DNA of 64,000 nt from Candidatus Bathyarchaeia archaeon (GTDB lineage Archaea > Thermoproteota > CALKCG01 > B24): NCBI GenBank assembly GCA_038870975.1, contig JAVZJD010000001.1, positions 480,001 through 544,000 of the forward strand, given 5' to 3'. This document shows, piece after piece, positions 35,223 through 45,362 of this stretch; position 1 is the first letter of the stretch; every line of letters starts with the position of its first letter. The notes beneath the pieces were generated by a model that saw only the letters and a program-made list of their open reading frames with translations, ran no database searches and was not told the DNA's origin. The position numbers and the translations under genes were made by a program.

Positions 35223-38200
35223 TGTTCTACATGTATATTCCGAGGCTGAAAGACATAGTCGAGCCAACTCAGCTTGTAGAGGCGTATAGTAGACTTAGCC
35301 CAGGCGAATACGTAGGTAGACTTGCACCAAGCCTCGGCATGATAATTGAACACGAGCTATTCGATTCTCGAGTCGTAGTCAGTGATGAATTTTTAGATAC
35401 CGTTACATTTCTATCGATAACTCATCTAGACCCGATGCTTGATGCTTTGAAAATGGTCAACGGAGAGCTTAAAGTCGTTCGAGAAGCCCCAGTTGCTTTA
35501 TCTTTAACGCAAGAGATGGGCTTTGGAAAGACGCACTTCCTCACATTGCTATGGCATCTTTACGCTCAAACATATCGGTGGGATGTCGATGATGTCAGCG
35601 AAGTTATATATCCCAATGTCCTCTGGAGAACCAACTACGATAGAAAAGTAGCTGAAAGGACGTTGGTATTCCCAATAGACATGCTGAGATATCCTAAAGA
35701 CCTCAAGCCTTACGATGCAATATTCGAGACGGCGGCCAGAATATTAGAGCGTAAATCCAAAACGCATGGAATCGAAACCCTAGACCCAGGTTTTCTGAGA
35801 GGCCTTAGTAAGCTTAGACCGATAGAAGCTGTCAAAACGCTCATTTCAAGTCTTAGGGAGGCGATGCCGATATTGGTCGTAGTGGATGAACTTTATGGAG
35901 GAGTCCTCAATATAATTGAGGGAGGCTCTACCGAGAGGATTAAAAGTTTAATGGACCTTATATCGTTTCTTAAGGAGCTTCTAGAATCGTCTAGAGGAAT
36001 GGTGCCACTAGTCTTCATATATGCATCTGCCCAACAGGATGTGGAAAGATGGTCTAAGGCGTCGAAATACCTCATTCAGTTGGAAACTGATAGAATCATA
36101 CCGCTCTTAGTAGATGCCATCGCTGAGTTGAATGATAGGGTTGGAAGACTTAAACCATCCACTCTGAAGCCATTAGAAATTGAAGACGTCTTAAACATAC
36201 TTGCTTTAAGGCTGTTACGATTTAAAGCAAAAAGACAGGATGTTGTGCAAATCCTTCAAAAATACATAGAGAAGGAGTTTGCGGGTTTAATCGGAAAAGA
36301 TGAAGTCCTCAATTTCACGAAGAGGCTCGATAAATTTTACCCGTTCTCGCCGAGCTATGAGGTTCTTCTACTGAAGTTCATACATCCTACGTTTGGAGCA
36401 GACCTTCCAAAGTCACAGCACATAAGGGACCTTCTGAAGGTCACGGCGTCGTTGATAACTAGGCTCATGGCTGCTAAGTGGTCTGAATGTACATTTATAA
36501 GCATAGCCCACTTAGCGTCTGAGGACTTCGGTTACGTTATGAATGAGCGTGTCGCAAGAGAGTGGATGAGGATCTACGATTCATGTGAGAGCATCATCCA
36601 GAAAGTTGGAGATGAAGACATCAGAGAGCTTATGCTAGCCATGTTATCAACGGTTTACGCCAAGTCTGTAACTGAAAACGTAGTTAAACTGCTGGATATG
36701 CTGAGAGCCCCAGAGGTACGGTCTAGAGTTGAGAGGGCTGAGGTAGAGCTTAGAGCCGCTACAAAGCTCGATATGGCTACAACGCTCATAGGTGCTGTAG
36801 CAGAGGACCGCTTCAAGAAGTTTAATGAAGCCTTCGAACAATTTAAGAAATTGCCATACTTGAACAGCTTTGAATACGGCGGTTTAGAATACTACATAAT
36901 CACTCTTCTTCCAAGCCCATCTGAATTGATAGATCAGATGACTGAAGAGGAACGTAAGAAGGCTGGCGTCGATAAGAGTGATTATAAGACCATGCTTGAA
37001 TACTTTAAAGACCATCTGGTCAATCAGTACCCGCTCACAGGCTTCTTTCAAAGTAAATCTGGTAGAGTAGCTCCTCCAAAACTCTACTTAATAGATTGGA
37101 CTAAACATATGGTCAGTTTTAAAGATAAGCCTGAGTTCATAGACTTCCTCGATAGGGATTCATTCACAATACTAACAGTATCGCCTTGGAGCATATTGGA
37201 GGCAAGTCTATTGGGAAAGCCCAAGGCAAATTACGTTGAGGAAGCTGAAGCAATTATACGAAAGTGTAGAAGCGAAATACCGTACGTAAACATGTTTGCC
37301 ATGGTAATTCCAGACGTCCTACCTGAACACCTCTCTAGGCTCTGTAGCCAGATAGCCTCCGTCAACGCAGCCTCCACAGCCATAAACTACCTCAAAATCG
37401 GTGAACCAGAGCAGGCCAAACGTAGGAGACTTGATATGATAAAGAGGAGTCCAACGATACCTACGCTTAAGGATTACTTTAGAAGCGAGCAGGAGTTTGA
37501 GGAGGTGCTCTTAGAGATAATGGAGCATATGCATAGGAAGATCGAAAGCTATGCAGCTAGCTTGGCTTCTTCAGCCATAAGCAATTACACGGCAGACCTC
37601 ATAAACCTCTTCAAAACAGTCGTCTATTACGACCCTACAACGGACTCCATAACACACGGAGATTTAAGAGTAACACCAGAGAGGACTGCAAACGAGTTTA
37701 AAGATATTTACGGCGAACTCCCAGCGTGGATTTTGAACGCCGTAAGCGGAAAATGCAATATACGGAAGACTCCAGACATAAAAGCCAGTCTCATAGAGTA
37801 TATAAAGAAGTATGCGGAAAAGCATAAATCTGTTCTCCTGGCAGATAGGAGGCTTGAAGTAGACTCCACGTACATAGTCGAATCTGTAGTGAAAGGATGG
37901 CCTGAAATACCGATAAAACCAGTATCTAAATCAGCTGTTGAAAGCGCTGTGAAAATACTAAGCGGTACATATTCCCTAATAGACCCTGAGATAAATGAGA
38001 TAAAGGTATCTATAGAGGACGCGAAGATTATGATAGAGCGTGTAAGACTACCCCTCCCTCCACCCCCTGAGGAGTACAACATAGTTGAAGTGCATGGAAT
38101 TAACAACGTCATTATAGTGGTAGCATATTTCGATAAGTTGAAACCCCATCTAAGTAATATTCAAGCTGTAGATTTCTCTCTAAACATTAGAGGGGGAAGC

Positions 38201-38401
38201 GTTAACTTGTCGAAGCTCCCCCTAGAAGTGGTTGAGGCACTTAACATCAAGAATCTACTGGAAAAGTTTAGAAGCAATGTGACAAACGTCTCTCTCACAA
38301 TGTATTTTGAGGAAAAGATGAAGAGAGAGAAAATGCTTGAACAATTTAGAAAGATAGGCGTAGATGAGAATATGATCAAGCTGAAGAAGACTGGTGGATA
38401 A
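35219..38401 (+). CDS. Large DUF499/BrxC-like P-loop ATPase (1060 aa)
   Basis: Walker A QEMGFGKTH, Walker B LVVVDEL, FYPFSP, HIRDLLK; start overlaps the upstream stop (GTGA). Confidence 0.8.
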   Translation: MMFYMYIPRLKDIVEPTQLVEAYSRLSPGEYVGRLAPSLGMIIEHELFDSRVVVSDEFLDTVTFLSITHLDPMLDALKMVNGELKVVREAPVALSLTQEMGFGKTHFLTLLWHLYAQTYRWDVDDVSEVIYPNVLWRTNYDRKVAERTLVFPIDMLRYPKDLKPYDAIFETAARILERKSKTHGIETLDPGFLRGLSKLRPIEAVKTLISSLREAMPILVVVDELYGGVLNIIEGGSTERIKSLMDLISFLKELLESSRGMVPLVFIYASAQQDVERWSKASKYLIQLETDRIIPLLVDAIAELNDRVGRLKPSTLKPLEIEDVLNILALRLLRFKAKRQDVVQILQKYIEKEFAGLIGKDEVLNFTKRLDKFYPFSPSYEVLLLKFIHPTFGADLPKSQHIRDLLKVTASLITRLMAAKWSECTFISIAHLASEDFGYVMNERVAREWMRIYDSCESIIQKVGDEDIRELMLAMLSTVYAKSVTENVVKLLDMLRAPEVRSRVERAEVELRAATKLDMATTLIGAVAEDRFKKFNEAFEQFKKLPYLNSFEYGGLEYYIITLLPSPSELIDQMTEEERKKAGVDKSDYKTMLEYFKDHLVNQYPLTGFFQSKSGRVAPPKLYLIDWTKHMVSFKDKPEFIDFLDRDSFTILTVSPWSILEASLLGKPKANYVEEAEAIIRKCRSEIPYVNMFAMVIPDVLPEHLSRLCSQIASVNAASTAINYLKIGEPEQAKRRRLDMIKRSPTIPTLKDYFRSEQEFEEVLLEIMEHMHRKIESYAASLASSAISNYTADLINLFKTVVYYDPTTDSITHGDLRVTPERTANEFKDIYGELPAWILNAVSGKCNIRKTPDIKASLIEYIKKYAEKHKSVLLADRRLEVDSTYIVESVVKGWPEIPIKPVSKSAVESAVKILSGTYSLIDPEINEIKVSIEDAKIMIERVRLPLPPPPEEYNIVEVHGINNVIIVVAYFDKLKPHLSNIQAVDFSLNIRGGSVNLSKLPLEVVEALNIKNLLEKFRSNVTNVSLTMYFEEKMKREKMLEQFRKIGVDENMIKLKKTGG

Positions 38402-39221
38402 GTTGAGGGTTGAATGGTCCTCATCTCTAAGCCTGCTCAGAGACTACGTATCCAAGCTCTCCAAATCGGTGGGACTATCTCTGAAAGATGGATTGTTGGA
38501 GAGGTATGTTCATATTCTCTTTACATGTTTATGCGCAGCCTACGGTAGACCAGAGTTCTGCGAACTGGTTTCCCACAACCCACTACTGGAGGAGCCGGCT
38601 AAAGTAGGCAAAGCCTTTATAGAGTCCATGAATAGACTATCCAAGGAGGGTTTAACTGTCTCTGGTGGAAGCATCCTCTACGCAACTGAAAAAGTTGAAG
38701 TTGCTCTTAAAACCCGTGAGAAAAAACCCTACGTGGTTTTATGCGACTGCCTATCCCTTCCAGAATACGTGTATATTTACGATAGATTCTCCAGAAGGAT
38801 TCATCTAGACGGACTACTATATTCAATAAACCCGGGCGGAGTGACTAGGACATATGAATACTTAACTTCCATAATCCTCAAGTCTCAAGAGGAGAAAATG
38901 ACGATGTCCACATTAGGAGAAGCGCTTAAGATTAAATTTAGAGCGGTAGGGTCTACTGTTGTGAGAGGTATGGATGAACTGGTCCATAGAACTCAGTGTG
39001 AGAAGTTTCCGAGTGCATCCGACATGGCTGTCAGCCTCTATAGAGCTGTTGAGGATATAGCGTTTAAAATATCTATTCTATCTGAGGATTACACTGTCCT
39101 AGTATTGTCCGACCACGGATACGATGTTTCCCTTGAACCAGATGGGTACTCTCTATTCCACATGTTCACGGGGGAGGGGGCTTGTTTAAGCCTATTCTCC
39201 GCAGCATTAATAGTGGGGTGA
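38394..39221 (+). CDS. Compact PglZ-like alkaline-phosphatase-superfamily protein
   Basis: VVLCDCLSLPEY, NPGGVT, DELVH, VLVLSDHGY, LFH...LSLFS metal-ligand motifs. Confidence 0.75.
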   Translation: MDKLRVEWSSSLSLLRDYVSKLSKSVGLSLKDGLLERYVHILFTCLCAAYGRPEFCELVSHNPLLEEPAKVGKAFIESMNRLSKEGLTVSGGSILYATEKVEVALKTREKKPYVVLCDCLSLPEYVYIYDRFSRRIHLDGLLYSINPGGVTRTYEYLTSIILKSQEEKMTMSTLGEALKIKFRAVGSTVVRGMDELVHRTQCEKFPSASDMAVSLYRAVEDIAFKISILSEDYTVLVLSDHGYDVSLEPDGYSLFHMFTGEGACLSLFSAALIVG

Positions 39222-39227
39222 GCTTTC

Positions 39228-39710
39228 GTGATCAAGACCGAGGGCGAATACTGGCTGATATATAAGCACTCGAAAAACCCCAAAAGATGTACGATGGGAG
39301 TAAAGTTTCCAAGCATAGAATCACGCTACTACGTTACGCTGGGAGGTAAAAGGGCATCCGAACTCTACAACTACATAATCTTAACTCTAGACGCCAATAG
39401 AATCGAATACTTGTTTGAAAAGAAAAACGGAAGAAGCTTTGTAAAACTTCCATGGAGTACTGGACTAGCAATAACCGTGTTTTTACTAGCCATATATGCA
39501 AGACGGAAACCTCTGATCTACGCTCATATACTAGATAGAATGCTCCAAGGTAGAATGCCGCTAATGCGCTATTTAACAAGCATGGTTGAACTAGCATTAG
39601 AGCTAACAGAGTATTTTAAAGATCGGCAGCAAAACAGATTAGTCTCAGACGCCAGCGCAAAAACAGTCTCAAAAGCCATGGGAGAGTTAATAAAGGCTGT
39701 CAAACTATGA
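39228..39710 (+). CDS. Small basic hypothetical protein, last gene of the defence operon
   Basis: 160-aa ORF starting 6 nt after the PglZ-like stop, preceded by a GGGGTGA SD. Confidence 0.7.
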   Translation: MIKTEGEYWLIYKHSKNPKRCTMGVKFPSIESRYYVTLGGKRASELYNYIILTLDANRIEYLFEKKNGRSFVKLPWSTGLAITVFLLAIYARRKPLIYAHILDRMLQGRMPLMRYLTSMVELALELTEYFKDRQQNRLVSDASAKTVSKAMGELIKAVKL

Positions 39711-39789
39711 GGACTTTTACGGAAAAAGTCTTAATAGTCTATTTAAAATTTTCTACTTCTACTATAGACTAGGCATCTGATCATAATGT

Positions 39790-40302
39790 CTACCACTCTG
39801 GAATGTACTTATAGTACTGTATCATTCGTACCGCTGGGTTCGTAATGCCTCTAGTTCCAACGACCTCCTGCACCTCTTTAAGAACTTCTTCAAAACCTAT
39901 AACGGTTATACCCGTCTTCTTCAGCTCTTCAAACAGCTCTCTTCTAGCTTTTCTATCGGGCTTCACCCTTCCATAACTACCGTATATCATAACCCTTCTA
40001 TGGTGTTCTCCAAGCCTTTTAACAACCTCCTCCACGATGTACGGGTCTTCAAACTTCCTCACTATGTTCTTGACAATGAGTGAGATTGGATAGCCTATGG
40101 CTCTACTATAAGCAGCAACGTGTACTTCTATCTCGCCTAATCTTTCATCTGGCTTACTGAGAGTAATGGCTAAGAAGTCTATCTCCCTATTCTTCTTGAC
40201 TCTCAAGTTTCTCATGATAAAGTAGCCTTTAGAAAACAGCCAATACTCTACAACGTCCTCACCAGCTTCACTCAAACCATACTCCTCCCAGAAAATGTAC
40301 AA
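39790..40302 (-). CDS. PD-(D/E)xK restriction-endonuclease-fold protein
   Basis: EAGEDVVEYWL..KGY....N...REIDFLAI...EIEVH pattern (Hjc/YraN/Mrr-like); the likely true start is TTG ~40275. Confidence 0.7.
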   Translation of the reverse strand: MYIFWEEYGLSEAGEDVVEYWLFSKGYFIMRNLRVKKNREIDFLAITLSKPDERLGEIEVHVAAYSRAIGYPISLIVKNIVRKFEDPYIVEEVVKRLGEHHRRVMIYGSYGRVKPDRKARRELFEELKKTGITVIGFEEVLKEVQEVVGTRGITNPAVRMIQYYKYIPEW

Positions 40303-40497
40303 CCCTTAGAGCCCTCAGTACGGTCTCATGGACCGCGTCGAGTTTAATCACAATTCTATTCAACGTTATAGGCCACGGACAGCATCCCATATATCCCATC
40401 TCCACACGTGCTCAACTCATATAATGAATACGCACGATACCATATATAAGACTTATACTATGGAAACTTATCGACAGACCAACAATAGAATCAGCAG

Positions 40498-40549
40498 AAG
40501 AAAAAATAGGGGGTTTTGCGGGTGACTTCATCACACCAATTTTTTATAA
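40498..40549 (+). repeat. ~52-bp imperfect direct repeat, copy A
   Basis: AAGAAAAAATAGGGGGTTTTGCGGGTGACTTCATCACACCAATTTTTTATAA; near-identical to 43224-43277. Confidence 0.85.
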
Positions 40550-40879
40550 TCTTTAAGTCATGTTTTATGCGTTCAATTTTAGAGGCTATACATTTCCGCT
40601 GTGGGAAGATTTTGGATGAATACGGTTACATTAAGCTTTAGATTTAGCGTAGAAACACTCACCGTTATGGCATTGCTCTGCTAGGTTGCAGGTCCAGCTC
40701 AAGGTGAAGTCTTCACCTTCAACCCTAACCTTGACAAGAGCTAAAACTATAGACCTATACTTAAGCCCCCACCATCTACGAAGCCCTCGCAAACGTCAGT
40801 ATTAGGCTGGATTGTTATTGAAACAGACGACGCCTCCCATGACATTGGAAAGCTTACCATGGAAAATAAAAATGGAGGT

Positions 40880-42931
40880 TTAGAATGGTATGTAAAATCT
40901 CACCATTCCAGCGATGCAACCGATTAGCGTCACAATAGCTATGCCTGCTGCGAAGCCTCCTACGGCTGGTGGAATCCACTCCTCGTATAGCCTGCTTCCG
41001 CCTATTCTGATAACTATCGTTTTAACTATCCAGGCTGCTAGGAAGACCGACCAAAGGCAGTTCCAGAATCCTCCGAAGTTTGTAGCTATTAGAAAGCCTA
41101 CTGGCTCGAAGGGAAACCATAGGAATCTAGCGTGCAGAATTGCTAAGGCTGTCACGATTATGAAGCCAGCAGCTCCATATGTTAGGAATGTTTCATTTGA
41201 TGGAAGAGAATATACATAGTTTAGACAAGTCTCACCTCTATCCATACCTAGATACCACGTTGGCAAACCAGCCCTCGTACCGTAAAGGTTTGCAAGCCAA
41301 ACCCTCGACGCGAATATAGTGGGCACTGATATTACCATGGCCATAGCACTGACCCAGAAAGTGTTCTTCAAACTTGTCTTCGTAAGGTCTGCCATCTTCA
41401 AGTTTAAGGCTGTTGTAAAGAAGCCGTTTCCAAATCCAAACGAAACGACGTTTGAACCCCAGAATGCCCACTGGTGGCTCATGACGAAGCTTGCGGTAGG
41501 CTCTGGTGGACGGGTGGGCCACCTAATCCTCATCGTCCAAACAGGCCAGATGCGGCAGTCAGATGCAATAAATGCGCCGTGACCGAACAATACGAGCATA
41601 GCAAGCCACGTAGTGAAGCAGTTGAACGCTATCAGTAGTAGTGAGGCCAAGAAGTCTATGTAGAGGAGTTGACAACTTATGATGCACGCTATGATCGATG
41701 CTACTAACATAATGTACATGGACCTATAGCTCATCGCCTCATTCTTTTCCCAATCTGGTGCAACCCTACCGAAGGCGGCTTTGATTGTAGTCAAAAGATA
41801 CCCTCTATTTAAGTAGATCTGCATAACGGCTAGAGCTAAGAAACCCCCAACCATGCTGAATAGATTCCATCTAAATGGAGCATCCCATCCAGGCGTGTTC
41901 TGATAGCAACACATCCTTGCCCAACTCGGCATGCCCAGTACTCCCGTGTAATAGCCCATCATGTATGCCGCCTGGTCAAGTATCCACATCACGAAGGTCC
42001 AGAACCACACATTGAAGGATACGCTGAGTGGAACCAGTAGAGCCATAGCGAAAGCTATCATATCTTTGCTATAGCCATAGTAGCCTACAACCGACTGAGC
42101 GATTATGTCCGTCTCAGTTACATGAACAGCACCGGATGGACAAGCTTCACGCCACGCGTAGATGTCTGGGAACCATGGGAACGTCCTAGCCATGAAGATC
42201 GGTATCCCGTAGGCGAAGGCCAGTACGAAGCCTATCCAGAACGGCCCAGCAAACCTCTTAGCCCTACCCTCTCCACCAGATTGAACCATCCTTACGATCT
42301 CATAACCAGCAAGCGCCAGTGGAAATGGAACCCTTTCTACGTCGAACCATGCATGTCTGAAGATCAGTACGACTGAAGATGTGAAGAAGAAGAAAGTAAT
42401 ATATTGCAGGCTCATGACGAAGACGATGGGACCCCAGTGAGCCCAATTCGTAGCAACGCCCCCTCGAACCATAGCTTGAACTTCCTCTAATGGAGGCATC
42501 CACCAAATGCCTCTGAAAATACCACGGGGATCCGTCTGTTGGAAGAAGGCCGGTCTGATAGACCAGTCTGTCGCAAGATACGCGAAGCCAAGCGTACAAG
42601 ATGCAATATTCCCGACGGACCATAAGTATGTGAGCAGACTATTGCTAACCTTAAACCACTTTCGAAGCGAATACATCAGAGTCAGTAGAAGGTATGACCA
42701 CACCACGTAACCCGTAACCCTTGAAATCATGCCCAGATTGTAGCCACATTGCCAAGCACCAGGCAACATGCCCAGCAAGCAGAAGGACAGCATCGTCAGA
42801 AATGATGTGATGAAGGATAATATAGCCAAGGGGATCCACGGAACCTTTTCTTCTAGTTTCTCACTGCCCGTTTTCCCACCAAATTCAGGTCTATGCTGAA
42901 TATATATATGTTTTTCGCCCTCCTTTTTCAC
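40880..42931 (-). CDS. OPT-like (DUF6785/DUF6784-type) membrane transporter, paralog 2
   Basis: DVERVPFP, PWFPDIYAWR, HARFLWFPFEPVGF, GGSRLYEE, RFYIPF. Confidence 0.75.
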   Translation of the reverse strand: MKKEGEKHIYIQHRPEFGGKTGSEKLEEKVPWIPLAILSFITSFLTMLSFCLLGMLPGAWQCGYNLGMISRVTGYVVWSYLLLTLMYSLRKWFKVSNSLLTYLWSVGNIASCTLGFAYLATDWSIRPAFFQQTDPRGIFRGIWWMPPLEEVQAMVRGGVATNWAHWGPIVFVMSLQYITFFFFTSSVVLIFRHAWFDVERVPFPLALAGYEIVRMVQSGGEGRAKRFAGPFWIGFVLAFAYGIPIFMARTFPWFPDIYAWREACPSGAVHVTETDIIAQSVVGYYGYSKDMIAFAMALLVPLSVSFNVWFWTFVMWILDQAAYMMGYYTGVLGMPSWARMCCYQNTPGWDAPFRWNLFSMVGGFLALAVMQIYLNRGYLLTTIKAAFGRVAPDWEKNEAMSYRSMYIMLVASIIACIISCQLLYIDFLASLLLIAFNCFTTWLAMLVLFGHGAFIASDCRIWPVWTMRIRWPTRPPEPTASFVMSHQWAFWGSNVVSFGFGNGFFTTALNLKMADLTKTSLKNTFWVSAMAMVISVPTIFASRVWLANLYGTRAGLPTWYLGMDRGETCLNYVYSLPSNETFLTYGAAGFIIVTALAILHARFLWFPFEPVGFLIATNFGGFWNCLWSVFLAAWIVKTIVIRIGGSRLYEEWIPPAVGGFAAGIAIVTLIGCIAGMVRFYIPF

Positions 42932-43223
42932 ACGTATTTGGGTTTTATGTGTCGGAGGCTGTTTTCATCAAATTGAGAAGTCTAGCCGAGGCTGTTCACA
43001 TGGTTTTCAACTCTTATATCAGATCTAAGCCACGCCTCATCCAGAGAAGATCGTGGATGTCTCAGTCAAGGGGTAGTTGCATCCAAGCTCTATCATCAGC
43101 CCCTCTATGCGTTTAAGCCTCTCCACAAGCCCATCCTTCAAATACCTTCTAAACGTCATGTATCCTATCAAATCATACAATGGAAGTAAAACTTCAAAAT
43201 AGATGGCTTCTAAAAAGCTTGAA

Positions 43224-43277
43224 AAGAAAAAATAGGGGTTTTTGCGGAGGAGACTTCACCACACAAATTTTTTATAA
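43224..43277 (+). repeat. ~54-bp imperfect direct repeat, copy B
   Basis: AAGAAAAAATAGGGGTTTTTGCGGAGGAGACTTCACCACACAAATTTTTTATAA. Confidence 0.85.
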
Positions 43278-43440
43278 CTTTATCTGACCATGAAGTTAAA
43301 AATGAAAAAATTGAACCTATTTTTTATTTTATTGTTTTTTTCTTGACTTTTTTTGGAAAAAAGGATATTTTTTAAAGATTTCTTATTTAGGATTATTCAG
43401 CTGAGGTAATGTTTAAATCTAACCTTTTAAATCTAAAATT

Positions 43441-43839
43441 TTGACCTCAATGCTGATTGAGAGAATAGTAGAAGAAGGAGTAAAAGCTCTAGGTAGACAT
43501 ATAATAGTAGAGGCCTTCGACTGCGATGTCGAGACTTTAAACGACACTGAAACACTAAGGTCGATGCTTCTAAACGCTGTTAAAGCGGCTAATATGACGG
43601 TTTGTGGAGAAGTATTCCATGAGTTTAGCCCACATGGCGTTACAGGAGTTGTCGTAGTTAAAGAGTCTCATATATCGATACATACGTGGCCAGAGTATTG
43701 TTATGCGTCTATAGACATATTCACGTGTGGCAACTATTCAAATCCATGGAAGGCATACCAACACATAGTTGAAACTCTTAAACCTAAGAGGATTCAAGTG
43801 ATGGAGCTGAAGAGGGGGGTGCTAAAACCGGGAGGTTGA
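43441..43839 (+). CDS. speH: S-adenosylmethionine decarboxylase proenzyme (pyruvoyl)
   Basis: GRHII, HEFSPHGVTG, KE-SHISIHTWPE cleavage site, DIFTCG; adjacent to speE. Confidence 0.93.
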   Translation: MTSMLIERIVEEGVKALGRHIIVEAFDCDVETLNDTETLRSMLLNAVKAANMTVCGEVFHEFSPHGVTGVVVVKESHISIHTWPEYCYASIDIFTCGNYSNPWKAYQHIVETLKPKRIQVMELKRGVLKPGG

Positions 43840-43842
43840 GAA

Positions 43843-44757
43843 GTGGGAATTAAAAATAAGCGAATAACGTACAACTGGTTTGTAGAGATGCAAGCACCTG
43901 GAAGCGCCCACCTATACAACATACTTAGTGTATATTACGTAGGTTCAACTAGATACCAAGATGTCTCCATTTTAGAGCTTTCAGAGCTTGGAAAGACGTT
44001 AATTCTCGATGGAAAAGTGCAGTCTTCAATTAGAGATGAGCATGTTTACCATGAAGCCCTCGTTCAATTAGCCATGTTGACCCATCCAAACCCTACGAGA
44101 GTGTTAGTCATAGGCGGTGGCGAAGGCGCTACTGTAAGAGAGGTTTTAAAGCATAACACCGTGAGAGAAGTCGTCATGGTCGACATAGATCAAGAACTCA
44201 TAGAAATCATTAAACAGCAGTTTCCAGAACTCCATCAAGGCTCTTTCAACGACCCCAGAGTAAAACTAGTCTTCGACGATGGAAGAAAATTTGTCGAAAA
44301 ATGTGATGACGGCAGATTTGATGTGGTCGTATGCGACCTCACAGACCCATTAAAAGGCGGACCATCTGTATACCTTTATACTGTCGAATTCTATAGGGAA
44401 GTGTCTAGAGTTTTAAGTGGAGATGGAATAATGGTTACTCAAGCTGAAAACGTTAAATCCGCTGGCGAATGTTTTCAATCGATTTATAAGACGATTAAAC
44501 AAGTGTTCCCCATCACCGTGGCCTACACCATGTTTATAAGGTCTTTCGACACAGAGTGGGGATTTGTCATAGGCTCTAAACGTTTTAACCCATTTGATTT
44601 AAACGAGGAAGAGGAGGAGAAACGTATAAAGGAAAGAGGGGTAAGCCTCAAATTTTACGAGCCTAGGATTAAGAAGAGGCTTTTCACACTTCCAAAAGGC
44701 TTCTTAGACGGCGGAAGAATATCGACAGACTCAAATCCAATCTATGAGCCTGTTTAA
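43843..44757 (+). CDS. speE: Polyamine aminopropyltransferase (spermidine synthase)
   Basis: LDGKVQS, YHEALV, VLVIGGGEGATVRE, VDID, DLTDP. Confidence 0.95.
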   Translation: MGIKNKRITYNWFVEMQAPGSAHLYNILSVYYVGSTRYQDVSILELSELGKTLILDGKVQSSIRDEHVYHEALVQLAMLTHPNPTRVLVIGGGEGATVREVLKHNTVREVVMVDIDQELIEIIKQQFPELHQGSFNDPRVKLVFDDGRKFVEKCDDGRFDVVVCDLTDPLKGGPSVYLYTVEFYREVSRVLSGDGIMVTQAENVKSAGECFQSIYKTIKQVFPITVAYTMFIRSFDTEWGFVIGSKRFNPFDLNEEEEEKRIKERGVSLKFYEPRIKKRLFTLPKGFLDGGRISTDSNPIYEPV

Positions 44758-44853
44758 ACGGTTTTCTTCCCTAATTCTTACTGTAGTAAGAGATGTGACA
44801 CATCCTTTAAATTTAGAATCCAATCTTAACGATTTTTAAAGTCTACGTTTACA

Positions 44854-45351
44854 CTATATGAGCCCGAGGCTTTTCATAGTTTTCCAGAAAATGTCTCCAA
44901 CATGGTGGATGTTTTTAAAGCCTCGGCCTGTAGACATCTTGGAAGCTGTGTCGGAGGATATCAAGCTACGGGCTATCGCTAATATTTTCCCATACTTTTC
45001 ATCGACGACCGCTACTATACATCCTTCTTTAAAAGACCCTTCGATTTTGACGACGCCAGGCATCATTACATCGGCGCCGTTTACTATGTGTGGAATCGCC
45101 CCCATGTCAACAGTAACTTTTGGAGGTGAGGTTATTCCCTTTTCCACGCATATAATGGTTGGATATACTTCTCCATTAATTTGTATGAATAAAGGTAGAC
45201 CGTCTATTATGTATATTTGCCGTTTTTTATCGACTCTCACAGCCTCCCATGAGGCTTTCCGATTAAAGTCCAAGTTGAAAAGCTGTTTAATAAGCCGTGT
45301 AAGCTCTCTAGTGCTTCTAATGTTCAACCTACACCGGTATATTTTAGACAT
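44854..45351 (-). CDS. PUA-domain RNA-binding protein (DUF1947/MCT-1-like)
   Basis: VTVDMGAIPHIVNGADVMMPGV, NIHHVGD. Confidence 0.9.
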   Translation of the reverse strand: MSKIYRCRLNIRSTRELTRLIKQLFNLDFNRKASWEAVRVDKKRQIYIIDGLPLFIQINGEVYPTIICVEKGITSPPKVTVDMGAIPHIVNGADVMMPGVVKIEGSFKEGCIVAVVDEKYGKILAIARSLISSDTASKMSTGRGFKNIHHVGDIFWKTMKSLGLI

Positions 45352-45362
45352 TTAAACACCAT

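Noticed and set aside
32196-39710. Canonical BREX type 1 or type I/III R-M assignment
   Set aside because: No BrxL, BrxA/B-like pair, HsdR/HsdS or Res helicase is recognisable; the MTase is DUF1156-like rather than PglX-like
40328-43190. Short ORFs or fragments at 40328-40525, ~40680-40860 and ~43010-43190
   Set aside because: Possibly gene debris, but no family could be recognised
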